DNA of 64,000 bases from Candidatus Marinacidobacterales bacterium (GTDB lineage Bacteria; Acidobacteriota; Vicinamibacteria; Marinacidobacterales; SMYC01). The notes under the pieces were generated by a model. That model was not told the origin of the DNA and did not search any database. It saw only the letters and a program-made list of their open reading frames with translations. The stretch lies in assembly GCA_965224085.1 (NCBI GenBank), contig CBDCYI010000004.1, forward strand, positions 1,536,001 through 1,600,000, in the 5' to 3' direction. Below are positions 20,042 to 29,572 of this stretch, piece after piece. The number at the start of each line of letters is the position of its first letter. Positions within the stretch are counted from its first letter, which is position 1. Made by a program: the position numbers and the translations under genes.

Positions 20042-20631
20042 ACGCGTTTCGCGCTTTTCTGGAGAATCTGAAGAAGAGACAAAAGGCGTTCGTCCGCCTC
20101 TTGATTCTACTCGTCGTGAACGGTGTGCTCTTCGCAGCCGTGACCTATCGGCTCGCCAACAAGCAGGAGCTCCTCGCCGACGAACAAGAACGGCTGAGAT
20201 TCGAGCTCGAAGAGAAACAGACTGAGCTCGAAGCGCTGTCTTTGGAAGAAGCCCGGGCGACGGCCAACACGAACGCCGTCACCGATTTCTGGGCCGATGT
20301 CGTCAAAACGCGCGTTCCGGGACTCACGGAAGCTTTGGAGGAGATCGACCGCCTCACCAAGGAATCGAATGTCATCAAAGGCCGCACCGCCTATGATCGC
20401 GACTTGATGGATGTCGGCCTCGAGCAGATCAAAGCCACCATGCCGGTCGAGGGCACCTATTTCGACCTCGTGCGCTTCATCAACCGGCTCGAGCGCTCAG
20501 AGCGCTTCTTCCTCGTGGAGGAAGTGCGACTCGCGCAACGGGAGACTCAGGGGACGACGATCCGGCTCGATTGCAGCATTTCCTTCTACCTCAAGGCGGG
20601 GACGACAACCGCCGAGGAGGCTGGACCGTGA
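20038..20631 (+). CDS. PilO/GspM-like protein
   Basis: TM, coiled coil, VEGTYFDLVRFINRLERSERF. Confidence 0.75.
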   Translation: MNAFRAFLENLKKRQKAFVRLLILLVVNGVLFAAVTYRLANKQELLADEQERLRFELEEKQTELEALSLEEARATANTNAVTDFWADVVKTRVPGLTEALEEIDRLTKESNVIKGRTAYDRDLMDVGLEQIKATMPVEGTYFDLVRFINRLERSERFFLVEEVRLAQRETQGTTIRLDCSISFYLKAGTTTAEEAGP

Positions 20632-21107
20632 CGCGTCACCATCGAGCCCACGCGAGCGGGTTCACTTATATCGAGCTCATTATCGCGACCATGATTCTCG
20701 TCATCCTCGCTGCAGCCATCATCCCCGTGGCGACGGTGAACTCCAAACGCGCCAAAGAGATGGAGCTTCGGCGCTCGTTGCGGATGATGCGCACCGCCAT
20801 CGACGAGTATAAGCGGGCGGTGGATCTCGGGATGATCGGCGGCGTCGATGTTCAGCTAGGGAGCGAAGGCTATCCCGAGGAGCTCGAGGTGCTCGTCGAA
20901 GGGGTCGCGCAAGTAGGGACACCCGGCAAGAAGCTCAAATTCCTGCGCCGCATTCCCGCCGATCCGATGACGAACGACACCGATTGGGGCCTCCGTTCCT
21001 ATCAGGACGAACACGATTCGCGATTTTGGGGCGGTCAAAACGTTTTCGACATTTATTCGAAGAGCGCGGGCGTCGCCCTGGATGGGACGAGCTATCGTGA
21101 TTGGTAG
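20628..21107 (+). CDS. GspG-like pseudopilin
   Basis: SG|FTYIE class III signal; LRRIPADPMT. Confidence 0.88.
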   Translation: MTRHHRAHASGFTYIELIIATMILVILAAAIIPVATVNSKRAKEMELRRSLRMMRTAIDEYKRAVDLGMIGGVDVQLGSEGYPEELEVLVEGVAQVGTPGKKLKFLRRIPADPMTNDTDWGLRSYQDEHDSRFWGGQNVFDIYSKSAGVALDGTSYRDW

Positions 21108-21513
21108 ATTCGAGCGCGGGCCGTCGTCCAACAAGAGGGGTGGGTTTACGTTCATCGAGATGGTCATCGTCGTCGTGATGTTGTCCATCTTGATGGCGAT
21201 CGCAGTACCGGTTTACATGGCGCAGATACGGAGCACGCGCGAAAGCGTCCTCAAGAACAACCTCGCCACCATGCGCGAGCGGCTCGACCAATACCGCGCC
21301 GATCGCAACAAATATCCGTCGAGTCTTCAGGAGCTCGTCGAAGGTGGTTACCTACGCGACCTTCCCGAGGACCCGATGACAGGCGGGAACGAGTGGGAAG
21401 AGATCTATAACGACTACGATCCCAACGAGCCCGATGCGGAGCCCGGCATCTTCGACGTCCACAGCCGCTCCGCCGAGACTGGATCGGACGGAAGGCCTTA
21501 TAGCGAATGGTAG
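21097..21513 (+). CDS. GspG-like pseudopilin
   Basis: GG|FTFIE; YPSSLQELVEGGYLRDLPEDPMT. Confidence 0.88.
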   Translation: MIGRFERGPSSNKRGGFTFIEMVIVVVMLSILMAIAVPVYMAQIRSTRESVLKNNLATMRERLDQYRADRNKYPSSLQELVEGGYLRDLPEDPMTGGNEWEEIYNDYDPNEPDAEPGIFDVHSRSAETGSDGRPYSEW

Positions 21514-22064
21514 GGAGGCACGCAATACTCTACGGAGCCTTAGCTGTGTTTGCGCTGGCGCTCGCCTGTGGCTGCGCTTCCGAGCCGTCGGCGAGCTCGG
21601 AGCCGTCCGAGCGGCGCGCGCCACGACGTGGAGGCCGCACGGTGCAGCCCATCGACTCCGAGCTCGACTTGCAGGCCATGCTCTCGACCGTACCCGAGTA
21701 CGAAGGACAGGGGCGCAATCTCTTCATCTACGGACCCGAGCCGCCGACGCGGAGCGCCGCTCCGCCACCCCCGCCGACAAGGACGTCGCCAACGCGGCCG
21801 CCAGCGCCAACGACCGCGCCGCGTCAAGCGCCTCGTCCCAGCACCCGCTCGGACGTGAGATATGCGGGCTTCGTCGAGAAGACCACCCCCGCGGGCGGCA
21901 AGGCCAAGTATGCGATTTTTCTCGACGGCAACGAGATTCTCGCGGGCGCCGAAGGCGAGACCGTTGCCAACCGATTCACTGTGATCGAGATCGGCCTCGA
22001 ATCGGTGACCGTTTCCGCGGGAGGATCGAGCGCTACCCAGCGCATTCCGCTTCAGGCCAACTGA
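21507..22064 (+). CDS. PilP-like protein, putative lipoprotein
   Basis: Lipobox-like LACGC, RNLF, Pro-rich linker, beta-rich C-terminus; precedes the secretin. Confidence 0.6.
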   Translation: MVGRHAILYGALAVFALALACGCASEPSASSEPSERRAPRRGGRTVQPIDSELDLQAMLSTVPEYEGQGRNLFIYGPEPPTRSAAPPPPPTRTSPTRPPAPTTAPRQAPRPSTRSDVRYAGFVEKTTPAGGKAKYAIFLDGNEILAGAEGETVANRFTVIEIGLESVTVSAGGSSATQRIPLQAN

Positions 22065-22070
22065 GGAAAT

Positions 22071-24383
22071 ATGAGACGAACCCCACAGCATGCACGGCTC
22101 CTTCTGTCGATCATGGCGGTCGCGCTCGGCGTTTTTGCCTGTACCCCCGGTGGCGGCGCTTTTCGAAAAGGCCGCGACGCCGGCCAGAAAGGCGAATGGG
22201 ACGCGGCCGTCGTGTTCTACACGCGCGCCGTCAACGAGGACCCGAGCAACATCGAATATCGCTTGGGACTCGAGCGCGCTCTCATCGAGGCCTCCGCTTA
22301 TCACGTGCAGCAAGGCCAAAAACGCCTCGCCGCTGAAGAGCTGGAAGCAGCGATCGTGGAGCTCGATCTCGCCATGAGACTCGACCCGACGAACCGTTAC
22401 GCCGCCAGCATTCTCGAGGAGACTCGAGAGCGCCTTGCCGAGCGCAAAGCCGCCCAGGAAGACGCGGTGGATTTCGAGGAACGTAGGCGCCGTGCGCGCG
22501 AGCTCTTCGGCCAGCGCCCGATTCTCGAGCCGTCTTCGACCGCTCCGATCCAATTGAAGTTCGCCGAAGATACGAGCCTTCAAAAGATTTTCAAGGTCCT
22601 CTCGAAACTCTCGGGCATCAATGTCCTGTTCGATGAGTCGTTCCGCGACAAGCGAGTGACGGTGGACCTCGTGGACGTCTCTTTCGAAGAGACGCTCGAC
22701 AAGCTCGTTTTGATCAACCGGCTCTTCTACAAAGTCGTTGACTCATCGACGATCATCATCATCCCCGACAACGCGCAAAAGCATCGCCAGTATGACGACC
22801 TCGTCCTTCGAACGTTCTTCATCGTGAACGCGGAAGTGAACACGATCGCGAACATGCTCCGTACCATAGCCGGGATCCAACGCGTGCAGCCCAACCCCGA
22901 GCTGAAATCGATCACGGTAAGGGCCACGTTGGATCAAGTGGCCGTGGCCGACCGCATCGTCGAGCTGAACGACAAGACCAAGTCCGAGGTCCTGCTCGAC
23001 ATCGAGATCCTCGAGGTCAACCGCAACAAGATACTCGATTACGGGTTGCAGCTCGCGGAGCACGAGATCGGCCTTGGCTTCCTTCCGGCGGGAAGCGGCA
23101 CGAGCGCCGACGCGGATGCGGGCACCGCGGCGACGGGTATCCGGCTCAACCGCCTCACCTCGGTGGACTCCTCCGACTTTATTCTCGCTTTCCCAACAGC
23201 GGCATCCTTCCGCTTGTTCAAGAGCCGAGCCGAGGCCCGGCTTTTATCCGCGCCGAAGCTGCGCGCGAGTGAGGGCCAGCCCGCGGAGCTTAGGCTCGGC
23301 TCCGAAGTGCCCATCCCCGTGACTTCGTTCGTCTCGCAGTTCGGAACGCCTGGCGGCGTTCCCACAACACCGGTAACGTCGTTCCAATACCGCAATATCG
23401 GCATCAATATTGCGATCACGCCAAAAGTCTTCGTCGACGGCGAGATCGAGCTCCAGCTAAGCCTCGAGACGAGCACACAGCTCGATACGCGCGTCATCGG
23501 CGGTATCGAGCTTCCCGTTTTCGGCACGCGAAACGTGAACAACGTCGTGCATCTCCGGGACGGGGAAACGAACCTCATCGGCGGACTCATCCAGCAGGAG
23601 GATCGCCAGGCCATCTCGGGCATTCCCGGCCTGACGGATGTGCCGCTTCTCAGCAAACTGTTCGGCAACAACAGCGTGGAATCTGTGAGCGTAGATGTTG
23701 TCTTTTCCGTGACGCCGCACATCGTGCGAGCACCGCGCGTCACCGAGCGCGACCTCGCGCCCCTTGCGATGGGAACGGAGCAGCAGATCAAAGTACCCGG
23801 AGCCCGACCTTACATTTTCGACGCCGCACGCGATACAGAGCCGCCTCCTCCCGAAGAGGAGATCGGCGTCCCCGAGGAGGTCGTCGAGCAACCTGCAGAC
23901 GTCGCGCCTGCGCCGGAGCCGAGCACGGAGGACGCTGTCGCCCCTAACGACGTGACTACCGACGAGCGCGCCGGGCCCATCTCGATTCTCTTCAGCCCGT
24001 CCTCGGCGACGATCACCGTCGGCGAACAGGTCGACGTCGTCATTCTGGCCGGTGGCGCGCTAGGGTTGTCAGCCGGAGAGCTCACGATCACCTACGACGC
24101 CGCCGCGTTTCGTCTCTTCGATGTCGAGCCGGGCGCCTTCTTGACCATCGACGGCAAGCCCGTCGATTTCACACCGACCTTCAACCCCGGCCAAGTGCAT
24201 ATCGCCTTCGCGCGACAGGACGACACGACCGGGCTCCGCGGCTCGGGTCACTTAGTCCGATTGAGCTTCGAAGCGCTCACGCGCGGCCAGGCAGGCGTCA
24301 TCAGCGCGCGCGGCTCCCTTGTCGATCCGGATGGAACCACCATCCCGGCAAGTTTTTCTTCGCTACGCATCGAGGTCCCGTAA
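22071..24383 (+). CDS. Secretin (GspD/PilQ family) with N-terminal lipoprotein/TPR region and C-terminal cohesin-like domain
   Basis: VFAC lipobox, TPR helices, LRDGETNLIGGL, GIPGLTDVPLLSKLF, VTPHIV; tail ...ITYD...GSGHLVRLSFEA. Confidence 0.9.
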   Translation: MRRTPQHARLLLSIMAVALGVFACTPGGGAFRKGRDAGQKGEWDAAVVFYTRAVNEDPSNIEYRLGLERALIEASAYHVQQGQKRLAAEELEAAIVELDLAMRLDPTNRYAASILEETRERLAERKAAQEDAVDFEERRRRARELFGQRPILEPSSTAPIQLKFAEDTSLQKIFKVLSKLSGINVLFDESFRDKRVTVDLVDVSFEETLDKLVLINRLFYKVVDSSTIIIIPDNAQKHRQYDDLVLRTFFIVNAEVNTIANMLRTIAGIQRVQPNPELKSITVRATLDQVAVADRIVELNDKTKSEVLLDIEILEVNRNKILDYGLQLAEHEIGLGFLPAGSGTSADADAGTAATGIRLNRLTSVDSSDFILAFPTAASFRLFKSRAEARLLSAPKLRASEGQPAELRLGSEVPIPVTSFVSQFGTPGGVPTTPVTSFQYRNIGINIAITPKVFVDGEIELQLSLETSTQLDTRVIGGIELPVFGTRNVNNVVHLRDGETNLIGGLIQQEDRQAISGIPGLTDVPLLSKLFGNNSVESVSVDVVFSVTPHIVRAPRVTERDLAPLAMGTEQQIKVPGARPYIFDAARDTEPPPPEEEIGVPEEVVEQPADVAPAPEPSTEDAVAPNDVTTDERAGPISILFSPSSATITVGEQVDVVILAGGALGLSAGELTITYDAAAFRLFDVEPGAFLTIDGKPVDFTPTFNPGQVHIAFARQDDTTGLRGSGHLVRLSFEALTRGQAGVISARGSLVDPDGTTIPASFSSLRIEVP

Positions 24384-25630
24384 TGTTTCGAATACGACTC
24401 CGAATCCCCGTTGTACTGATCGCGGCGGCCCTCACGCTCGTTCAATGCAAGGCCGTGCCGCTCACGGCGCCCGGCGGGGCGAGCTTCACCATCACCGCCA
24501 ACCCGACATCGATCCCGGCGGTTGGCGGGACCTCCACGATCACTATCGTGATGTTCAAGGCCGCCGAAGATGGCGGTGGCACCGTGGCCGACGGTACGCA
24601 AATCTTTCTGACGACGAATCTCGGCGTCATCGAAGAACGCGTCGCGACCACGATCGGTATCGCGCGCGCCACGCTCCAAAGCAACGGCCGGGCGGGCACG
24701 GCGACGATCACCGCGGTCTCGGGAAATGTCACAGCGGAACCCGTCACGGTGGAGGTCGGCGCCGGCATCAATATCGTGATCACCGCCAATCCACCCACGG
24801 TGAGTCCGCCCGGCTTCACGACCGAGATCATCGCCACCGTTTTCGACAGCGACAACAGTCGCGTGGCAAACGTACCCATCATCTTCACCACTTCTGCAGG
24901 CGCTTTAGCGTCGCAGGGCGCAAGCCTCAGGACCAACGCGACCTGTCAGGCTTTCGATCGGTTGACGCTTCTGAACGAAGCCACCGCCTCGGTAACGGCT
25001 TTTTCGGGAGCGGTGGCTTCGAGTCCCGTCACCGTGGGCCGGGGCACCGTACCCGGGCCGCTCGTCACGTCGATCGCTCCGACGTCCGGTCTGCCAGGAC
25101 AGACACTCGAAGTAACCATCGATGGGCTCAACTTCCAGCCGGGAGCCGTCGTGAGCTTCGGTGAAGGGATCTCGGTGAACTCGGTAGAGTTCGTCAACTC
25201 GAACCAGCTCGTTGGGGAAATCACGATCGATTCAGACATCCAAAACACTTCCGCGTCCCGTACGGTGACGGTGACGAACCCAGACGGAACCAGCGGGAGC
25301 TTGCCGAGCGCGTTTCGTATCAACACGCCGAATCCGTCGCCCCTGATTACGAGCCTCAGCCCCACGCAAACGGCCGTGCGGGGAGCGCCCGGTGAGACGG
25401 TGTTCATCAATGGCCTCAACTTCCAGTCGGGAGCCCAAGTCACCTTCACCTCTGGCTCTGGATCCGTGAACGTCACCTTCACACAATTCAACAGCGCGTC
25501 TCAGATGGAAGTGGACATCATCGTGGATCCTGTAGCGAGCGGCGGCCCACCGGTAGGAACCATTTTTTCGGTACGCGTCATCAATCCCGACGGCCTTCAG
25601 AGCAATGCCGCGAACTTCACTACAAACTGA
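24383..25630 (+). CDS. Ig-like (Big_1 + IPT/TIG) surface lipoprotein
   Basis: LVQC lipobox; Thr/Val-rich repeats, TIDGLNFQPGAVV, VTVTNPDG. Confidence 0.75.
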   Translation: MFRIRLRIPVVLIAAALTLVQCKAVPLTAPGGASFTITANPTSIPAVGGTSTITIVMFKAAEDGGGTVADGTQIFLTTNLGVIEERVATTIGIARATLQSNGRAGTATITAVSGNVTAEPVTVEVGAGINIVITANPPTVSPPGFTTEIIATVFDSDNSRVANVPIIFTTSAGALASQGASLRTNATCQAFDRLTLLNEATASVTAFSGAVASSPVTVGRGTVPGPLVTSIAPTSGLPGQTLEVTIDGLNFQPGAVVSFGEGISVNSVEFVNSNQLVGEITIDSDIQNTSASRTVTVTNPDGTSGSLPSAFRINTPNPSPLITSLSPTQTAVRGAPGETVFINGLNFQSGAQVTFTSGSGSVNVTFTQFNSASQMEVDIIVDPVASGGPPVGTIFSVRVINPDGLQSNAANFTTN

Positions 25631-25631
25631 C

Positions 25632-26159
25632 ATGCGAGGCAAAGTGCCATTCTCGATCAACGCGCTCGTGAGCTTCTTCATCCTCCTCGGGGTCGTAGGC
25701 TGTAACGAGTTCCAGGAGCCTCTGCCCACCGCTCCGTTGCCGCCGCCGCCACTCGGTTTCAGCCAGTATCGAATCGTGGGGCATTGGGAGGCCGTTACCG
25801 AGCAAGGGCGCCGTATCGCATTCGACGTCACGTCAGACGGGCACGTCGTGAACGGGCGGCTCAACTTCCATCACGAGTGCAACGTCGGCCGCTGGCGCGC
25901 TACGGTCGACGGATTCACTGCGGAGATCGTCGACGACGCCTTCTTGACGTCCTTCGACTGGCGGAGAAGCGGCAACGGTTCTATTCTCGCCGGGCTCACG
26001 CTCTCCGGGACGTACACCGTCTCGGGAAAGTTCGATTCCGATGATCGGATGCGAGGCGGCCTCATCGACGCCGTCACCGACGTTCGCGAACGCGACCAGC
26101 CGACGGGTGTGGTCTGCCAGACCATCCACGTTCCGTTCGACGGAGAAAAGGATCCGTGA
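25632..26159 (+). CDS. Hypothetical lipoprotein
   Basis: VVGC lipobox; coupled to both neighbours. Confidence 0.65.
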   Translation: MRGKVPFSINALVSFFILLGVVGCNEFQEPLPTAPLPPPPLGFSQYRIVGHWEAVTEQGRRIAFDVTSDGHVVNGRLNFHHECNVGRWRATVDGFTAEIVDDAFLTSFDWRRSGNGSILAGLTLSGTYTVSGKFDSDDRMRGGLIDAVTDVRERDQPTGVVCQTIHVPFDGEKDP

Positions 26160-26794
26160 GAGCAGGCCTGCTACTTCTCGTCTTCTTCACCGGTCTCGTT
26201 TCGTCCGCGCGTGCGGACATCGCGGTCATGTCGGGCGGGAAAATCCTCTACATCGAACGGTTCGAGCGAGCCGATGAGGAGATTACCCTCTTTCTCGAAG
26301 GTGGTGGCGAAGTGACGATTCCTGCCGAGCTCGTCACGAACGTCGTGCCCAACGAGATCGTCGAGGATACGAGCCAAGCGCCGCAGGAGATACGCTTGCT
26401 GCCCCATCTCAGGGACCTGATCGAGCCGGCCGCCGCGAAGTACGCGCTCGATCCGAATCTCGTGGCGGCAGTCATCTGGGCCGAGTCGAGCGGGGACCCG
26501 AAAGCCATCTCGACGAAAGGTGCTTCAGGGCTCATGCAGCTCATGCCCGCTACCGCGCACGATATGGAGGTCTCGGACGTGCTCGACCCGAGCCAGAACG
26601 TCGATGGCGGCTCTCGCTATTTGCGGGCGATGCTCGACCGGCACGACGGGGATCTTTCTCTCGCGCTCGCGGCCTATAATGCGGGCCCGGAGGCCGTGCG
26701 AAAATATGGCGGCATCCCACCTTTTAGAGAGACGCAGAATTACGTCGGTAAAGTCATGCGCGCCTACGAGCGCGCCCGGGAGACGGACGAGTGA
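26156..26794 (+). CDS. SLT-domain lytic transglycosylase
   Basis: AESSGDP.AIS.KGASGLMQLMP, AAYNAG, ETQNYV. Confidence 0.93.
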   Translation: MRAGLLLLVFFTGLVSSARADIAVMSGGKILYIERFERADEEITLFLEGGGEVTIPAELVTNVVPNEIVEDTSQAPQEIRLLPHLRDLIEPAAAKYALDPNLVAAVIWAESSGDPKAISTKGASGLMQLMPATAHDMEVSDVLDPSQNVDGGSRYLRAMLDRHDGDLSLALAAYNAGPEAVRKYGGIPPFRETQNYVGKVMRAYERARETDE

Positions 26795-27831
26795 ATCGCC
26801 ACGGTGAACGCGAACGAGGTTACGTTCTCTTCGGCATCGCGATCGGGCTCGTGATTCTCGGTATCGCGATGACGGCGGCGGTGCCGCTGTGGCAGAAGGT
26901 CTTGCAGCGCGAGCGTGAGCAGGAGCTCATCTTTCGCGGCTATCAGTACATGCAGGCCATCGAGCTTTATCAGCGAAAATATCCAGGTGCGTACCCCGCT
27001 GACACGGAGGTACTCTTCAAAGAAAAATTCTTGCGCAAGCTTTACACGGATCCGTTCTCGGAAGACGGCGGTGGCGCGTTCCGCATTCTCCAGCAAATGT
27101 CGCCCGAGCTCCAGCGAGGAGCGCTCGACCAGCAACGCGCGGCGGGCGAAGCGGCGGGCATTACGAGCTTGAACCGCAGCCAGGCGCGCATGCGCACCCC
27201 GGGAGGCCAGTCCTTGTCAGGCTCGGGCCAGAAGCCGGCTGGGGGTTTTCAATCGACTTTGGGACGTGGGGCCTCGGATGCGAGCATGGGCGGCATCGTC
27301 GGTGTCGCGAGCGCGAGCGACGAAGAGACGTTTTACAAAGTTCCGGGAAAAGAGAAGTACAAAGATTGGTTGTTCGTCTACGGCGCCCAGCAAGCCGGCA
27401 TAGGACAGGTGGGGCAAGTTGGACTCGGCCAAATCGAGCAGGCCCAGCAGGCCCGACCGGCCCGACGGGCCCGACAGACCGTTCAGGCCGGACAGGCCGG
27501 ACAGGCCCGACAGCGCACACAACCGAGCCCGTTCGGACAGCAGCCGGGAGGTGGAGGACAACAACGGCTTCCTGGCCAAAGCCAACGGAACGTGAGTCCT
27601 TTTCAAGGTCTGCCGCCTCCGCCGGGTTTCACGATCTTTCGTTTCGGCGCGTCACCCTCAGCAGGCGTGCCAGGTCAGGCGGTGCCAGGCCAACCGGGAA
27701 CGGGCTTGCCGGGTCAGCCCGGCTTGGGCGCTCCGGGAGCGAACGCTCCCGGACAAAGCGGCTTTGAAAAGCCCAGCGCGCGCCAGCCCAACTTGGGCCA
27801 ACCCGGCTCCCAACCCCGTCAGCAACGGTAG
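26791..27831 (+). CDS. Minor pseudopilin-like protein lacking Glu5, with Q/P/G-rich tail
   Basis: ERG|YVLFG, QREREQELIFRG, FLRKLYTDP. Confidence 0.75.
   Translation: MNRHGERERGYVLFGIAIGLVILGIAMTAAVPLWQKVLQREREQELIFRGYQYMQAIELYQRKYPGAYPADTEVLFKEKFLRKLYTDPFSEDGGGAFRILQQMSPELQRGALDQQRAAGEAAGITSLNRSQARMRTPGGQSLSGSGQKPAGGFQSTLGRGASDASMGGIVGVASASDEETFYKVPGKEKYKDWLFVYGAQQAGIGQVGQVGLGQIEQAQQARPARRARQTVQAGQAGQARQRTQPSPFGQQPGGGGQQRLPGQSQRNVSPFQGLPPPPGFTIFRFGASPSAGVPGQAVPGQPGTGLPGQPGLGAPGANAPGQSGFEKPSARQPNLGQPGSQPRQQR
27438..27513. repeat. Imperfect 9-bp tandem repeats (CAGGCCGGA-like)
   Basis: Encodes QAQQARPARRARQTVQAGQAGQARQ. Confidence 0.7.
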
Positions 27832-27849
27832 CGGAAACGCCCTGAAGCG

Positions 27850-28938
27850 ATGCGTATCGGCATCGACGCCCACCATCTGAACGGCAAACCTCAAGGGAGC
27901 CGCACGTATCTCATCGAGCTCATCCGAGCACTCGCGCCGATCGTCGACGCCCAAGACGAGCTCGACGTCTACAGCTTTGAGCCGATAGCGTCCGAAAGGC
28001 TCTTGGACGTGCGCGGCCCGAAACATCATCGCGTGTTCCCGAAGAGCGCGCGGGTGAGGCTGCCCTTCATCGTCCCGGCCCTCGAGCTCGTCCACGGCCT
28101 CAACCTCCTTCACTCGCAATACGTCTCCCCTCCTGTTTCCTTCGTCCCCGAAATCGTGACCATTCACGACGTGCTCTTCGAGACGCATCGGGAGCTGTTC
28201 GAAGGGGCGTTTTCGGAACGCTCGGTGCGCCTCATACGTCGCTCGGCCACGCGCGCTGCGGCCGTGCTCACGGTTTCGGAATATTCCAAGCAGGCCATCC
28301 TCGAGGCCTACGAGCTTCCGGAAGAGCGGGTTTGGGTGACCCCGAACGCGGTCGATCACGGTCGTTTCTACCCATTCGAGCCGCCGTTGGATTTACGCGC
28401 TCATTACGGGCTCGAAAGGCCGTTCGTTTTAGCCGTCGGACGGCTCGAGCCGCGCAAGAATCTGGAGAAGCTCGTGCGAGCTTTCTCCGCCCTACCCCGC
28501 GAGGTCACCTTGGCCATCGTCGGTATGTCCGATTTCCGCTTCGAAGCAATCCTCGACGCGACGAAAACCCTCCCGGACGGAACGGTGAAGCTTCTCGGCG
28601 CCGTTCCCGACGCACACCTCCCGGCGCTCTACAACCTCGCGGAAGCGCTCGCTTATCCGTCCTTGGCCGAGGGGTTCGGCCTGCCCGTCCTCGAGTCGAT
28701 GGCTTGCGGAACCCCGCTTTTGACGTCCGATCGAGGCGCGCTCTCCGAAGTGGCCGGCGATGCCGCCCTCTATATCGACCCGGAAGATGTCGATTCCATC
28801 GCGGACGGCCTCTCCCAGATCCTTACCGACAGCGAGCTGCGCGGGAAACTGAGCGCGGCCGGGCTCGCTCGTTCCAAGCGCTTCACTTGGGCGGAAACGG
28901 CGCAAAAAACGCTAGCCGCCTACCGGAGCGTCCTTTGA
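27850..28938 (+). CDS. GT4 family glycosyltransferase
   Basis: MRIGIDA, VGRLEPRKN, YPSLAEGFGLPVLESMACG. Confidence 0.93.
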   Translation: MRIGIDAHHLNGKPQGSRTYLIELIRALAPIVDAQDELDVYSFEPIASERLLDVRGPKHHRVFPKSARVRLPFIVPALELVHGLNLLHSQYVSPPVSFVPEIVTIHDVLFETHRELFEGAFSERSVRLIRRSATRAAAVLTVSEYSKQAILEAYELPEERVWVTPNAVDHGRFYPFEPPLDLRAHYGLERPFVLAVGRLEPRKNLEKLVRAFSALPREVTLAIVGMSDFRFEAILDATKTLPDGTVKLLGAVPDAHLPALYNLAEALAYPSLAEGFGLPVLESMACGTPLLTSDRGALSEVAGDAALYIDPEDVDSIADGLSQILTDSELRGKLSAAGLARSKRFTWAETAQKTLAAYRSVL

Positions 28939-28983
28939 CAGCGTTCTGTCCGGGGTGCTAGGTTAGAATTGAGCGGGTGCGCT

Positions 28984-29559
28984 CCATCGCCTAAAGGCGA
29001 TGGGTTCGCGGGCGACTAAAGTCGCCTAAAGGCGCACGGCGGAGGATTACTCGCTTACCCTGAACGACTCGTCGTCTTCCGGCAGCTCTCCTTGCAGCTC
29101 GATGTACTTGGCCACAACCTCATCGGTCACGTTTCCGCTCGTCGCTACAAAATAGCCGCGCGCCCACAGGTGCCGACCCCAAAACTTCTTGCGGATCGCT
29201 CGAAAATCACGCATCAGCTTGTGCGATGTCTTCCCCTTGATCGCCTGCATTACTCGGCTCGGCGACAGCCGTGGCGGCACGCTCAGCAACAGATGAACGT
29301 GCTCTGGCCGTACATGGCCCTTCAGTATTTCTATGTGGTGCGTCGCACAGATCTCTCTTATCAACTCCCGCAGGCGAAGTGCTACATCTCCTCTCAATAC
29401 CGGCTTGCGGTACTTCGGGATGAATACGAAATGGTAGTTTAATTGATACGTCGTGTGCGATGATTTCCGATATCCTTTCATCCGGGGATCGTACCGCAAG
29501 CCTCCTAAAGGCTTCGCCTGAAGGCGAGGGGTTTCAACCATCCCCGAGTGAGACACTAA
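28984..29559 (-). mobile_element. IS200/IS605-family element (tnpA only)
   Basis: Y1 transposase flanked by hairpins CCATCGCC-TAAA-GGCGATGG, GGCGAC-TAAA-GTCGCC and TCGCC-TGAA-GGCGA; ends approximate. Confidence 0.88.
29047..29481 (-). CDS. tnpA: Y1 HUH transposase
   Basis: YHFVFIPKYRK, EHVHLL, LWARGYF, KYIELQ. Confidence 0.95.
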   Translation of the reverse strand: MKGYRKSSHTTYQLNYHFVFIPKYRKPVLRGDVALRLRELIREICATHHIEILKGHVRPEHVHLLLSVPPRLSPSRVMQAIKGKTSHKLMRDFRAIRKKFWGRHLWARGYFVATSGNVTDEVVAKYIELQGELPEDDESFRVSE

Positions 29560-29572
29560 TGAGGAGAAACCC

